NCBI GenBank assembly: GCA_038087875.1
Contig: CM075978.1
Coordinates: 174,964,001-175,028,000, forward strand
Source of the DNA: Malacoraja senta
Taxonomy: Eukaryota
Reading direction: 5' to 3'
DNA: 64,000 bases
The notes under the pieces are model-generated. The model was not told the origin of the DNA. It ran no database searches and saw nothing but the letters and a program-made list of their open reading frames with translations. Positions 12,131 through 26,265 of the stretch are shown in pieces (positions within the stretch are counted from its first letter, which is position 1; every line of letters begins with the position of its first letter). The position numbers were made by a program, and so were the translations under genes.

Positions 12131-12454
12131 TTACTGACGGGGCCTCCTCGTTCAGGGTGCGTCAGATTCTCGATAAGGTAACGAAAGTGAAAGGTGAAAA
12201 TGTGTCCCTATACTGTACTTTCCCAATCTTCGGTCAGAAAGCACTGGTGGATGTATACTGGAAGAGACACGGTCAAGAAGAGACTTTGAATCCCACCGCA
12301 AACAGGAGGGTGACAATGAACAATGTCCTGAAGGGATCTGCCGAATTACATCTGTTGGACATGAGCTTCCGTGACTCCGGGATCTATTATTGCAGTGTGA
12401 GACGCGGGGAAGGAAATAGTTCCAAAAGCAATGGCACGAGGATTATTGTACACG
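12131..12454 (+). CDS. Gene A exon 2: Ig V-set domain with J-like G strand
   Basis: GENVSLYC, VYWKR, SAELHLLDMSFRDSGIYYC, SNGTRIIVH; acceptor ttctgacag|, donor G|gtgagt; phase 1-1. Confidence 0.92.
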
Positions 12455-14462
12455 GTGAGTATTACTTGATGTTTCGAATCACAATACAAAAACAAATATG
12501 GTGTGCTACAGAGTTATAAAGTAGCAATAAACGGGCCCTTTCTCAGTCTGTACTAGAAGTTTTGCTCTAGCGATTTAAGTAATTGTTTTTTCGTGATTGT
12601 TGCGCCATGAGATCTTTGGACAATCATTATTCTTTAATTTCATATCATTTAGTTATCATTTTTATGTGTAGGGTTAATTTTCTTGGCGGCCCCTCAACTG
12701 CATCCTGCGAAAGGAGTATAGATTAAGATTGCAGATGGAAGTCAATGAAATATAAACCGTCATATGTTACCGATTATTGTAGCTGCAGTCGTTTAGTCAA
12801 AAAAACACTGCGTTCGAGTCTAGACCTGTGATATCCAGATGATGGAGCATTCTTGGGGGTTCACGAATTGAGCTCTTTGTTGTAGAATAACCATACTTGA
12901 CCATTTATGTAGTTATTTCTAGTCCAATTAGTAAATGTTAACAAAACGTATGTTGATAGAAGAAACATTTGATGAATAGTGAGTGTGATATATTCTAACC
13001 GCAATCTTGTATAAGACTATTCCACCGTGATTTTTAGGAATTCATAGTTTCAAAGAAAATGAATGATAAAATACGAGTCACAACACATCTGCGACTACAG
13101 AAATTAGGTTCTGCCTAGAACGTTATAATGGAAGTAACAAAAGTTCATGGTGAAAATTGTTAAAGAAATTCAGAGGTATAGCAAGGAAGAATAGGTGGGG
13201 TGCGTGGTGGCGTATTAATGTGGGTGGAAGACAAAACAACCCCATTAAATTATAAACGGGGGAAAATCTGAGAACAAGTCACAAAATATGTAAACAAAGA
13301 AGATAAAAGTAGTATCAGAATTCAAATGATTAAATTACAAATTGAGATTAATCAAAACGTTATCCGTCATTTTGACGTCGAGTTTCATTGGAACTCAGCA
13401 GAGCGTCGAGTGGGAGAACAGAAGCTTCAGTCTGAATGATAAATACACGTCAGCGGCATACTCGATTGCTGGGTGGCAATATGCCAGAAAGCTTCACCCA
13501 ACTGAGTACGATCTTTCCTCCGCACAGCGCACTATTTCAATCCCACATCAGCAACTACTGAATACACACATAAACGCTACTATACCTTGTCCAGTTTAAG
13601 TACCGTGACATGTATTGCGAACACGACAAATACCTAAAGCATCCCATCAATTTCGAAACTTATAACTGCTCAAAATAGAATTCAACAACTCCTAAACATA
13701 GGAATAGACCCTTCGGCCCACAATTTCAGTGCCGAATATGGTGCCAAGTTAAAATAATATCCGCTCTTTGCGAGACATATCCTTTCATTCCCTGCATTTG
13801 CCTATTTAAAAATATCTAAGATGCCCCTATCGTATCTGCCTCTGCAACTAGGCATGATGTAGTTAAGCTGGAAGGGGTATAGAACAGATTTACGAGGATG
13901 GTGCCACGACGCGATGGTCTGAGCTATAGGGAGAGCCTTTGGCAGGCTAGGACGTTATTCCTTGCAGCGCAGGAGGGTAAGAGTTGATCTTATTAAGGCG
14001 TATCTGATCATGACAGGAATAAATCTGGTATATGCATCGCCTTTTACCCAGAGTAGTGGAATCAAGACCTTGTAAACTAAACATTTCGCCACATTAAATT
14101 ACAATAACCGAGGAAAAGAAGTTTGCGTCGCAGTGGAGAGATCAATTATGTGCCCGCCACCAGGAAACCGAAATTGTCAGTCCCATGCACCCTTTCTTTC
14201 TTTCCGATCACTACTTGTGAAATATCCGCGGAAATTCTCTGGTGAGACCACTTGCATAGATCAGTTTGGGATGGAGATCAAAGATTTACCCACCGATGTA
14301 GAAAGAATGCTTTTGTTACGTGGACGGGAGCATGATGGTGCCGAACATTTGCCGTTAGAGATGGTGTCCTATTTCATGTTGAGTAAATGCAGTTGCTAAA
14401 CATTTCATTCTATTAAATCACCCCCCCCCACACACACACACACACAACCCCTATGAAAAGTC

Positions 14463-14773
14463 GGCATGGTGGCGCAGCGATAGTGTTGCTGCCTTACAGC
14501 GCTTGCAGCGTCGGAGACCCGCGTTCGATCCTGACTACGGCTGTTGTCTGTACGGAATTTGTACGTTCTACCCGTGAACGCGTGGGTGCCCTCCGAGATC
14601 TTCTGTTTCCTTCCACACCCCAAAGACGTAGAGGTATGTTTGTAAATTGGCTTGATAAATGTAAAAAATATCCCTAGTGTGTGTCGGATATTGTTAATAT
14701 GCGGCAATCGCTGGTCGGCGCGGACTCGATGGGCCGAAAGGCCTGGTTCCGCGTTGTATCTCTAAAACTAAAA
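14463..14773 (+). mobile_element. HE1/V-SINE (further copies or fragments near 16535, 21950, 23040, 24700, 41430, 61440)
   Basis: Box A TGGCGCAGCG, box B GTTCGATCC, V-domain core and CR1-like 3' end with TAAAAC tail. Confidence 0.85.
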
Positions 14774-15129
14774 CACAAAAAAGCAACACAATCACGACAG
14801 TACAGAGGGCGTGCTTGATACAGGGCGAATTAAGAAGGTTATGGTCAGGGTTAGCGATTAAGTAAATATATGACAGGTGCAAAATGATGTGGTTGAGTGA
14901 GGATATCCACGCACTGGAAGAAACAAATAGCGAGGTCGAGAAATAGAGAGAGTTGAAGGTGTTGAGGTTCAAATGGACCCGAGTATCCCTCTAGGTGAGT
15001 GATTGAATGTTTGCTTCAACATTTTCGTCTATTATGATTCACGTGAGTTACATATTTTTGCTGCAGACATGTGAGTGTTGGAATCTATCCCAAACAGTTA
15101 AGGGTGATTAATTGCCAATGTACAGGAAC

Positions 15130-16090
15130 AGAACAATATCGCAGCAGCATAACGGGTCTGTAGCACAGTACTCAACAAACAAACCAAAATGATTACAATA
15201 GAAAACTATATTAGTGCAAAACAAAAACAAATGCTCCAAAGTTCCGAGTACAACAAAGACGGTTTGTATTCGGTTTAGTTGGTGTTTGTAATGTCTAATA
15301 GCCTGATGGTTGTTGGCAAAAAGCTCTTTCACAACATGAAGGTCATGGTTTTCAAACGCCTATACCTTCTTCTCGATGGCAGTGTGGCAAGGTTGTGTGG
15401 GGTCTTGAAGCTGGCTGCTTTTTTGAGGCAGCTTCTCCTATAGATCTCTTCCATGGTTGGAAGGTCGGAACACCTGATCGACCGGGCTGTTTTCACCACT
15501 TTTTGTAATTCCATTCCTGGGCGTTCGAATTACTGGACCAGGCCGTGATGCAACCGGTTAATACGCTCTCTACCATATACTGCACAGGTTTAAGAGCGCT
15601 TTCGATTAAAGATGGTGTCAAGCAGGAAACTATGACTATGACTCAATGGCAACATACCGAATCTCCTCAATCGTCTTGAGAATTAGAAGCATTGGGGGGC
15701 TTTCATATGATTGTATGGATGTGCGGACTGCAGGACGGATCTTCAGAAATATGCATGCCAGGGAACCTGACGTTTTTGACTCTCTCCACCACCGACCCGT
15801 CGATGAAGATAGGTTGATGAATCCTGGCCCTTCCTCCTCTAAAGTCAACAATCAGGAATTTTACTGACATTGAGAGACAGATTGTTGTTCTAGCACCATT
15901 CGATCAGATGATGGAACTCCTCTGACACATCATTACCTGTAATTAGTTCAGCAACGGTGGTGTAGTCTGCAAATTTAAAGGTTGAGTTGGAACTGTTCCG
16001 GGTACACATCCATGGGTATGGAGTGAGCACACAGCCTTGAGGTGCCACTGTTCTGATAGTTATCGAGGATGAAGCGTGAGCAATGTGACA
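15130..16090 (-). mobile_element. Decayed Rex1/Babar LINE 3' fragment
   Basis: Minus-strand remnants (ELQKVVKTARSI, RRRYRRLK) similar to those at 28090-28420. Confidence 0.55.
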
Positions 16091-18214
16091 GCTTCACGGC
16101 ATTGGTCAGTTCCAATATGGCCTTTTGTATACCTGCTGTTAGAACATTATGGATTATCTCCAGTGATTTCTTCTTTCCTCTGTGTTATTTTCCCTTATAG
16201 GTGTAGCAAGCTGATGTCAAAAACCAATTGGATCACAACCATTACATCACGCATGCTACTTCCCCCAAAATCTGTCCTGCTCGCCCTCTCTCATCCCATG
16301 CTTGCTGCGGTTAAGAAGTGATTCTAATGTTTCATTTGTCTGCATCCTCCTTGCATGTTCAGTTTGTGGGAACAAATTACAGTTTCCTTTGGGTGTCATT
16401 TTCCACAGGTTCCGTGGGAAGCCATTTCTCTGCTTCACCCATTGAGTCATTAATGGCTACATATGGAGTAGTATTTTCATGCTATTATATTATATCTGTA
16501 CCACCTAATAACAATCCAATATTTGAGCCTCTGCACGGTGGCGCAGTGGTAGAGTTGCAGCCTATAGCGCTTACAGCGCCAGAGGCCCGCATTCGATCCT
16601 AGCTACAGGTGCTTGTCTGTACGGAGTTTGTACGTTCTGATAATAAGACGGCGCTTTGACTTCACCCCGTTATTACTTCATTGGAGGGAAACAATCACGT
16701 TGGTTGGCGTGATAGCTATAATTATCCTCACCTTTTTACAAAAGCTTATGTGAGATGTAATGTATTAATTTATCAATTGTCCATCATTAGTCCACTAGGG
16801 TAGATAACCCTCCTCTAATCGATCTGAAAGATTATGATTTGCTTAACCAACCAATTTCTATACGAACTTATTCCTAGCTCAGAATACGTATTATTGTCTA
16901 TTACCCTTGATCTATTCTTGATCTATTGATTATTGGTCATAATTTGATATATTTTCCTCAATATATTTGGCATTGGGTTGACACGCTTTGCAAAAATAAA
17001 CGCTATCATTGAATAGAATCACAGAGTCCTCGAGCAGGAAAACACACATTTCAGCCCAATTGTCCAATGCTCACCAAGATGTCACACGGTAATTGGCCCT
17101 TATCCTTCTCTAAACCTTTTCCCCAATTTATCCGTCCAAATGTCAGGTAAAAATTGTACCTCCCTCAGCGACCTCATCTAGCACCTCATTCCATATACCC
17201 ACCAGCATCTGCATGAAAAGGATGCCCCTTAGGTTCTTGGTAAGTGTTCCCCTCTCGCCTTCCCCGGAAATGAGTCCGCAAAATACAACATTCCACCATC
17301 ACCCTTTGCTTCCTTACATGAAGCCATTTCTCTACCCAGTGGCGAGTTCTCCTTGGACTACATGGGATCTAATGTTCCAGAACAACGTACCGTGTGGAAC
17401 CTTGTCAAAGTCATTTCTGGTCCATACAGACAACGTCTGTCTAGTGCTTTGCCCAAATCATCCTTTTTGGTTGCTTTAAAATAAATCGGATTCGTGACAC
17501 ACGATATTTCACCTATACAACCTTGCTGATAATCCTCGATCAGCTCCTTTCTAATCACATGCATACATATTTTATCCCTCTGAATCCTTTCCAGTGGCCT
17601 TCCTAATGCAGACTCGTTTACAGTTCCCATGGTTTTCCTTCCAGTCCTTCTCAAATATAGCCACAATATTAGCCATCCTCCAGTCTTCGTGTAGGTCTTT
17701 TCACGCTATTTCTCTATTGATACACACTCTTAATTTGATGTTTTGTTTTAATCAATTCTCGACGTCCCTAGATGTATTCCATTATAAGACACAACCGATG
17801 TGTTAACTCACATCACCACATTCTAAATTAATTGTCCCCCCCCGCATGCCCGCCACCCATGTATCCTATTCGCCATGACCACAGTTGATGAAACATACCA
17901 TCTTTCCATATCCTCATCCCCATGAATCTTCTTTTTTCCCATAAAAATAATTTCTTCTGCATTCTTTCAGTAGATCTTCTTGTTTATTCTTTAAACGTAA
18001 GTTTTGCAATGTCATGGTTAAATTTGAAATAACTGGAAGTGTCTGAATTAGTACAACTTAATAATCATATTCGTTTGCATCGGGAACAGAATTATTGTAA
18101 GGCCTACTATCTGATTGCGGCACATTAAATTATTTGGTTTACTTGAGATATCGGGTGTGATTTGCTTTTAATTGATCCTTATTACAAGTTCGATAGTTTA
18201 TGTCATGGTACCAG

Positions 18215-20054
18215 GTGGCGTCGAAGGACGAGAAGCTGAAGCAAAGAAGTGGAAGCCAAATAACCGAAGGGAAACTAAGCCGAAACGCCAAATAACCGAA
18301 AGCGTACAAAGCCGAAACGCCAACTAACCGAAAGGGTGGGGCGCCTAAATGCAAACTAACCAAAGGGCGGGACGCCTAAAAGCCAACTAACTGAAAGGCT
18401 GCGTCGCCTAAAAGCAAACTCACTGAATGGCCGCTCTGCCGAAACGCCACCTAACCGAAAGGCTGCGTCGCCTACAAGCCAACTAACCGAATGGCGCTTA
18501 ACCGAAAAGTCAAATAACGGACATGACATCGCCGGGGGGCCGGACTTGTCAGCGATTGGTCCAGACCCTCGCGTCCATCACATCACTGGCCGGTGGAGAC
18601 GGGAGGGTGGGGGTCATTTTCCTACACAAGCCATAGGTGACTGGGCACTTTGAATCCGAGCACCAAGTTGTAAGGGGTCGAAGGAGCGCATCCCCTCGGA
18701 CAGCCCTCACTCTCCCACGGCCACGGCCGCCCTCCGCCTCGTCTCCACCGTGCGGCCGCTCTGTGACGGGTTGTGTGTCGGCAGCGCTGGGTGGAGCAGA
18801 GGTGTGGGACAGGCTGGTCCCTCTCAGAGTCATTGACCACGATGCACCGCCATCAGAAAACAACCCCCACACCAGGGTGACCCCGACCCACTCACGGGGT
18901 GATTTACCACCTGACACCCACACCGGGTGATTCATCCCCACCCCGGCCGCGGGGTCACTCGCCCCGGGGCATTGGCATCCATAGTAAATCGCTTTTAAAA
19001 CATGGGGGACACACACAAATTCCCTGGCGGGCCGATGACAAGTGTGCATGACAACGAACAATGTTATGTCCTGCCTCTCCCCCCCTCCTGACAACAAGAA
19101 GCATGTTTTATTTATTACAGTCTGGTTGCCTGCGTAACGCACACAAGCTCACACGCACAAAAACACCAGGTAATCTGTAAACTGCCTTAACCGAAGATGG
19201 ACACAAAATGCTGGAGTAACTCAGCGGAACAGCCAGCATCTCTGGAGAGAAGGACGTTTCGGGTCGAAACCATTTTTCAGACCTGAAGACTGTGTCTGAA
19301 AGGTCTCGACCCGAAACGCCACCCATTCCTTCTCTCCAGAGATGCTGCCTGTCCCACTGAGACACTCCAGCATTTTGCGTATCTTTGGTGTGACAGTTGT
19401 CTCATTTCATCGGCTTCATGTATTTCTCATTTCTCATCTCATTTCATCGGCTTTACATGCGCCTGCATCTATACATTTGCAACAGAGGGATGGAATGGAT
19501 GTGACCACCTGCTAAAGCGAAGGCATAGTTAGGACAGGGAAATAAACCCACCACTTAATTAACCAGGTTCCCAAATGTAAGAACCATTTATACATGTAAC
19601 ATTTTTGTTATTAAATCAATGTAACTCTTTTTTGACTTTTCATGCCGAGTTAAAACCCCGTTCCGTGGGAAGGGCTTGTGGCAGCTGGTTTTATGGTGCC
19701 TTCATTGTTGGTAGGTGCTGTCCCTTCACATGGACCGCTGTCAGTGCCAGTTTTCTCAACTTCCATAGCCGTTCTGCATAAGTGTAGTCAGACGTGATGG
19801 ACCCAGGGATCTGGACCAATCGCTGACAAGTCCCGCCCCCTGTGACGTCATGTCCGTTATTTGACTTTTCGGTTGGGCGGCCATTCGGTTAGTTGACTTG
19901 TAGGCGACGCAGCCTTTCAGTTAGTTGGCTTTTAGGCGTCCCGCCCTTTCGGTTAGTTTGCATTTAGGCGCCCCAACCATTCGGTTAGGCTTCGTTTCCG
20001 TTCGGTTATTTGGCTTCCACTTCTTTGCTTCGGCTTCTCGTCCTTCGACGCCAC
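18215..20054. mobile_element. Foldback/TIR-type element with long internally repeated inverted arms in the V-C1 intron
   Basis: About 18215-18590 is the inverted counterpart of about 19790-20054, both built of AACTAACCGAA-type subrepeats. No clear TSD. Confidence 0.75.
19190..19387. repeat. Palindromic pair of Penelope-type terminal repeats (about 200-bp hairpin)
   Basis: CAAAATGCTGGAGTAACTCAGCG...CGTTTCGGGTCGA followed by its reverse complement. Confidence 0.75.
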
Positions 20055-20206
20055 ATCCGTACACGATTTCCCAACAACAGAGTTAAATATTTTACTATTA
20101 AAGGAACGCTCAAGAAGTTATGGTATTATCCATTTCGAAAGCGATTATATGGTCTTCTAAATACACATATAGGGGTGCTAACTCCTTTATCTTAAATTGT
20201 TTGCAG

Positions 20207-20488
20207 TGTCACCGACGCCTTTGAAGATTAAACAGATGAACACTCCTTCCCTGGCCCTAAACTGCACAACTGCTCCGTTTTTCCCGAAGGACTGTGAATT
20301 TACCTGGTATAAAGATGACCACGAAATCACTTCTGGAATAAGTTCCACTAAAATACGGAACGACGAGGGATTATACCTTGCTTCCAGCTTCCTGCAAGTA
20401 GTGGATAGCCGATCGGTTTATAGTTGCAACGTGTCTCACATCACCCTCCTGGTTCCGACCGTTGAAACTCACATAATTCTTGGAATGG
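20207..20488 (+). CDS. Gene A exon 3: Ig C1-set domain
   Basis: LNCTTAPFFPKDCEFTWYK, NDEGLYLASSFL, YSCNVSH; acceptor tttgcag|, donor G|gtatga; phase 1-1. Confidence 0.9.
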
Positions 20489-23400
20489 GTATGAGGATAA
20501 TACTTTCAATAATGTCTGTTTCATGTCAAGGCATTTCATGAATTCCCACCCAAAACACACGCCAGACCGTTTTAAGTGTTTGAATGAAGATAGTGAGCGT
20601 GTCTTTGTTGAAATGAAAAGAAATTAGATACTGGTTAGTAAGCGACATCGTGCAAAGATGACAGTTGTGTTTGTATGGTTTTTTAATAGCGAATGCTTGA
20701 ACTCGCTGTTTATCTCTGATTATATAGAGCTACACAGCATGGAGGCAAGACCCTTCGCCCCGCCCTGTCGACGTCAAGCAAGTTGGTATTCTGGACTAAA
20801 CTCATCTGCCCGCATTTGACACATTTCCCCTATCCAAATATCTATCCAAATATCCTTTGAAAATCACAATTGTATACGCTTCTATAGCTTCCTCGGAAAG
20901 AAATTGCCCCTTGGGCCCCTCTTAATCTTCCATGTTAAAAATCCATTACCCTGGGGAAAACAACTGTAAGCATTCATTTTCTCTACGACCATCATAATTT
21001 TATATACTTGAATTGGGTAAACCTCCTATGCCTCATGGGAAGAGGTCACAACCTACTCAGCATCACCGTATAACTCATCCATGAATTCCAGGTACTACTT
21101 GGTGAATCATTTCTGCACCTTTTCTAACTTAATGGCATGCTACGTATAGCAGGATGACCAGGACAGCACACAGTACACCAACAAGCTTTCAAGAGAGAGC
21201 GAGATAGGGCTCTTAAAAATAGCGGAGTCAGGTGATATGGGGAGAAGGCAGGAACGGGGAACTGATTGAGGATGATCAGCCATGATCACATTGAATGGCG
21301 GTGCTGGCTCGATGGGCCAAATGGCCTACTCCTGCACCTATTGTCTATTGTCTATTGTCTATAAGTCGTCTCAGCAAATACTTGTAAAGCTGTTTCCCTG
21401 CATAATAAGGGCACTGTTTTCTGTGTATATGTAAAATAATGTTCAGTCTTATCACTGTAACCGTGGAGATTGGAGAGAGATGGTAATCCAACATATTTCA
21501 AGTTTCAAGGGACCAAAACAACAAGCCTGAAGGCAGAGGCCAAGGGAGATTTAATAACAGACGCGGTTATTAACTTCGATGTTTTCTTTTTTCACGGTTA
21601 CTGATCTGTGATGAGATTCAAACAGAAGAGGAAAATGAAAAGAAAGGAGAAATAAGAAAATGTTCGAACGGTCATACATACAATAAGGAGTAGCGATAAT
21701 TCCGGCTGATGGGCGTTCCTCTGAACTGTCTGATCTGTTCCGTGCTCCCAGACATCTCTATGTTTTGTTAATTTTATGCGCCCAGCATCTGGAAGTTGTC
21801 CCATTATTTTCATTCATAGAAACTGCCAGTATACTTCCAAATTTCTGAAATTGTTGAATACATTTTTCAGGTCTAAAGTTTTAGTCAATGTAGTTGGAAG
21901 ATATTCCATAACGCTTTATTTGAGACTTCATTGAGGTAGCCCACCAAGTCCACGATGATCATCGATCACCGGCATATATTTCTCTGTTAGAACACTTTTT
22001 CATTCACTCACTACACACTGGCGACAAATTACAGAAGCCAATTAGCCTTCACACCTCCACATTCAAGGGATGTGCGAGGAAACCGTAATACCCGAAGAAC
22101 ACCAACGCGGTCACATTGAGAAAGTAGACATTCCACACGGACAGCATCCATGGTTAGGATCAAACCTGCGTCTCTCGCGCTGTTCAGGCAGTAGCTCTAC
22201 AGCTGGTATTTCCCAAGTGAAATAGACCTCACCAAATATACTGTCGTAATTGAAATCGGAAAAGGATAACCCTGGAGGGAGTACGCAGATGGTGTTAATG
22301 GAAGTTCTGAAAGGGCAAACATTATAATATCTATCGCTGAATGATAAGGTATGATGAGGAGGCACCCTGGGTGGTGTTAATGGAAGTTTTGAAAGGGCAA
22401 ACATTACAATATCGCTGAATGCGAAGGTATGGTGAGAAGGCAAATAGGTGTTCGCGGATACAGGAAAGTGAAGATGGTTTTTGTGAAATAATGCTTTTGC
22501 GATAAAGAAAGTAGAGGGAGATCAGCTGCCAGCTGGTGCCATGACTCCGATGGTCGTTTAAAATATAGAGCATGATTCCATGAGATTAGAGGGTAGTCGT
22601 ACAGAAGATGTTTACAAGAATGAGCCCAGGAATGAGTAGATCAACCTATGTTGAGCGTTTGTCGGCACTGGGCCTGTATACGCTGGAGTTCAGAAGATTG
22701 GGGGACCTCATTGAAACATACAGAATAGTGAAAGGTTTGGATAGAGTGCATGTGGAGAGTATGTTTCCACTTGCGGGAGAGTCTAGGACTAGAGGTCATA
22801 GCCTCAGAATTAAATAATTAAAATAAGGCAGTGGAGGCAGTCAGTGGATATTTTTTAGGCAGAGATAGATAGATTCTTCACTAGTACAAGTGTCAGAGCT
22901 TATGGGGTGAAGGCATGAGAGTGGGGTTAGGAGGGAGAGATAGATAGCCACGATTGAATGGCGAAGTAGAATTGATGTGTCGAATCGCCTAATTCTTTCC
23001 TATCCCTTTATACCTATCCTGGAGTCTGGATTGCTGCTGCACAAATCCACACGTCTTTGGGGTTTGAGAGAAACCTGGAGCACCAGGAGAAAACCCACAT
23101 GATTTCAGGGAGAGTGCAAACTCCACATAGACAGGGCCCAATTTAGAATTGAACCTGTATCTCTGGTGCTGTGAAACAGCAGCTCTGCTAGATGTGTCAC
23201 TGTTGAGTCCAAGGTGTTGATTGCCCTTCTCAATGAACCCCAGGCCTGTTAAATCCTCCTTCTGAAGTTTTCGCTGCCTCTGACTTGCACTCATTATTTT
23301 ATTGGTCTGAGAGTTTCAGGTTTCGAATTGAAATAATGGGATTTTTTTCGAACTCATTACTAATTCTGCAGCATTTAAAATTACTTAAGATTAGCTGCAG

Positions 23401-25609
23401 ATTATCGGCGAATCTGTGGAATAATTTGCTACAGAAGGCTGTGGAGGCATTCAGTGGATATTTTATAGGCAGAGAGAGATAGATTCTTGATTGGTACAGG
23501 TGTCAGACGTTATGGGGAGACGGCTGAAGAGTGGGGTTAGGAGGGAGAGATAGTTCAGCCATGATTGCATTGAAGAGTATACTTGATGGACCGAATGGCT
23601 TAATTCTACTCCTATTCCTTATCACATTGACCTTATGGACAAGGAGAAAGCTCTTCTTGTTCCAGGTGGGTGTTGGGACGAGATTTCAGAGCAGCAGACT
23701 GATAAATTGAGCATGCATGGCTGTGGACCAAACTGTGATGGAGGCAAACACGTTGAGGTAAAGGGTGCTTATAGAAACAGCGATACAACGTTTCAAGGTT
23801 TGAAGGTCAGTTTACTGTCACATGTACCAATTAAGGTCCAGTGAAATTTGCGATTACAGAACGTGCGATTATCAGAAAATGTCAAACAATGTCTCAGAAA
23901 ATACATATAGGTAATGGAGCCCGTTGACCTGGCTGAGTCGGAGGAAATGCGCTGGATATAACTGTGCGTGTACGCGGGCTGGTAATGGGAATTAATAGCA
24001 GCACCCCCCACCCCCAAGATGGATGTGGAAAATATGAGATTGAAATGCAAAGCTAATGTAGAGAGAGCATTGCAAAGATTGCCCTTAACTTATTTGCCCA
24101 ATCTTGCACTGGACGTACTTTCTATCAAAAATAAATGGTACAATCTCCTTGCTTTTACATGTTAGTTTTTCTTGATAAATAATAAGGATCCCATTAGCTA
24201 TGTACCTGCCTTAACTTTAGTCACCATTCTGAAATACTCTAAACAGGTATATTTTGTTTTTTGCTTTATAAATCCAATCGTTTAATCTTGGTTGCCTCTT
24301 CGTCGTTTCGGTTTTCATAAGGTACCAACGTTAAATGTAAAATTTCCACTTCCCCGCTATGATGAATAATGAGCTCAATCGCAGCGACGGAGACTATACT
24401 TTTCTCCAGGCCCAAAACCAACGGTTCGGGTGTAAATGTTTTATGTAGTTAAAGGAAGAAAACAGGTGCTTGGCATCAGCTAGTCCGTAATTGCACAAAA
24501 CCTACTGTCGCCCCATTTCATTCCCTGCACAGTCCTATCAACTTCCCACAAAATGACCATCACATTACTGACGGAGATAGGCTCAAAATACTGCAGTAGC
24601 TTAACTGGATAGGCAGCGTCATTGGAGAGAAGATATGGGTGACGTTTCGGCTCGAGACTCTTCTTCAAACTTAATAACTACGTATAATGGCCAATTAACC
24701 AACAATCCTGCAAGTCGGTGACATTTGGGAAGATGTTAGAGTACCCGACGGAAGTAACGTGGTCACCGTGGGAATATTAAAACTCCAGAGAACACTGGAG
24801 GTCAGAATTGATCCAGGGTCTCTGGAGATGTGAAACAGCAGAGTTACTAACTGCGAAGATGTGCCAGGAGTGGATCCAGAGTGTCACTTTCTCGGGGTGG
24901 TTTAACGTGACTAACGTCTATATTGTTCAAACCATTTTGAAAGCTGGGATAGTGCACGTGCAACACTTCGGTGGTGCGTCAATGATTTGTTCGCCAAACC
25001 TTCTCAGAGATATATCACAACTCAGAATAATTCAGATCTCGTGTTGATAAATGAATCCTATCGACTGCAGTTATCCTTCCAAAATTTCAACAGACGGTCG
25101 ATATGTCAATTAAACAGCCTTTACGATATTAATGATCCCAACACTAAGAAGACACAGACCCGAAACCCAGTAGAATAATCTATTTTACCGAATACAAAGT
25201 ACATTACAGATCGTGCACGAGAAATCGTGTTTTTTATGCCCAGTGGAATAAATTGTTGATGTTTTCACTCCAGGTAATTCGTTTCCTTATAGTTTATATT
25301 TTGATTGCCGGGGAATTCGAGTGACATTTCGCTGTCACCAGTGACACGGCGAAACGGGAAGAGGGGGTGACAAGCGCATCCGTACAATGTCAAAATAGTA
25401 TGTAGATATAAAGTATGAAGGAGAAACAACGGAAAATGTTTGAGATACTCAATTATCAGACAGAATATATGAAGAGTAAAACAAAGTTCAGCCCTCTTTA
25501 AAGGCTACTGATCGAAATTTTTAAATTTTAGAATCCGTATTAAGGATGACGTTTCGGGTACTTGGATGCACATGATAAAATAAGCATACTTTTGTTAAGG
25601 CGAGATCTT

Positions 25610-26050
25610 GCCTGTCAAACCCTTTCTGGTTTTTTGAGGAGGTAACAAGCGGGATAGACGAGAGAGTGTCAATAAGAGTCGTTTACTTGGAATTTAAATA
25701 GGCCTTTGATAAGGTGCCACGTGAGGCCGTTAAACAAAATAGAAGCGCATGGCATTAGATTAGCACGGATTGAAGATTCACTAACTGGCTGAAGACAAAC
25801 AGTGTCAATAAAGGGGCCTTTTGTGGTTTGTTGTGGTTGACTAGTGGTGTTCTGCAGGGGTCGGTGTTGTGTCTGCTGCATTTTACATTATATGTTAATT
25901 ATCTGGATGATGAAATTAATGGCATTTTCGCCAGGTTTTCAGATGACACGAAGGTAGGTTCAGAGGCAGATAGTGTTGAGGAAGCAGGGAGTTTGCTGAA
26001 GTACTTGGACAGTTTGGGAGAGTGGGTAATGAAATACAGCGTAGCAAAGT
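25610..26050 (+). mobile_element. CR1 RT fragment
   Basis: TSGVLQGSVL, FSDDTKVG. Confidence 0.75.
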
Positions 26051-26154
26051 GAAAATGTGGACCCATTCTGCAATTCCCTGGTTCATGTAATCTGATTATT
26101 CAATGAAGATAATCTCTGAAAAATTATAACATTTAGCTTTTATTTTCCCTTTAG

Positions 26155-26265
26155 GAACACGCGTTAAACTTGTCTACTTTCTGGCGGGTGGATTTGCCAT
26201 ATGCGTGTTAATTATTCTAGCGCTGCTATTTTTTGCCAGGCGGTGCAAATTACACAGTACTGAAG
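26155..26265 (+). CDS. Gene A exon 4: uncharged transmembrane segment
   Basis: GTRVKLVYFLAGGFAICVLIILALLFFARRCKLHSTE; acceptor ttttccctttag|, donor G|gtaaga; 111 nt, phase 1-1. Confidence 0.88.

Noticed and set aside
16201-16320. Strong acceptor (tcccttatag) in the V-C1 intron
   Set aside because: Phase-1 reading stops after a few codons and no Ig motif follows.
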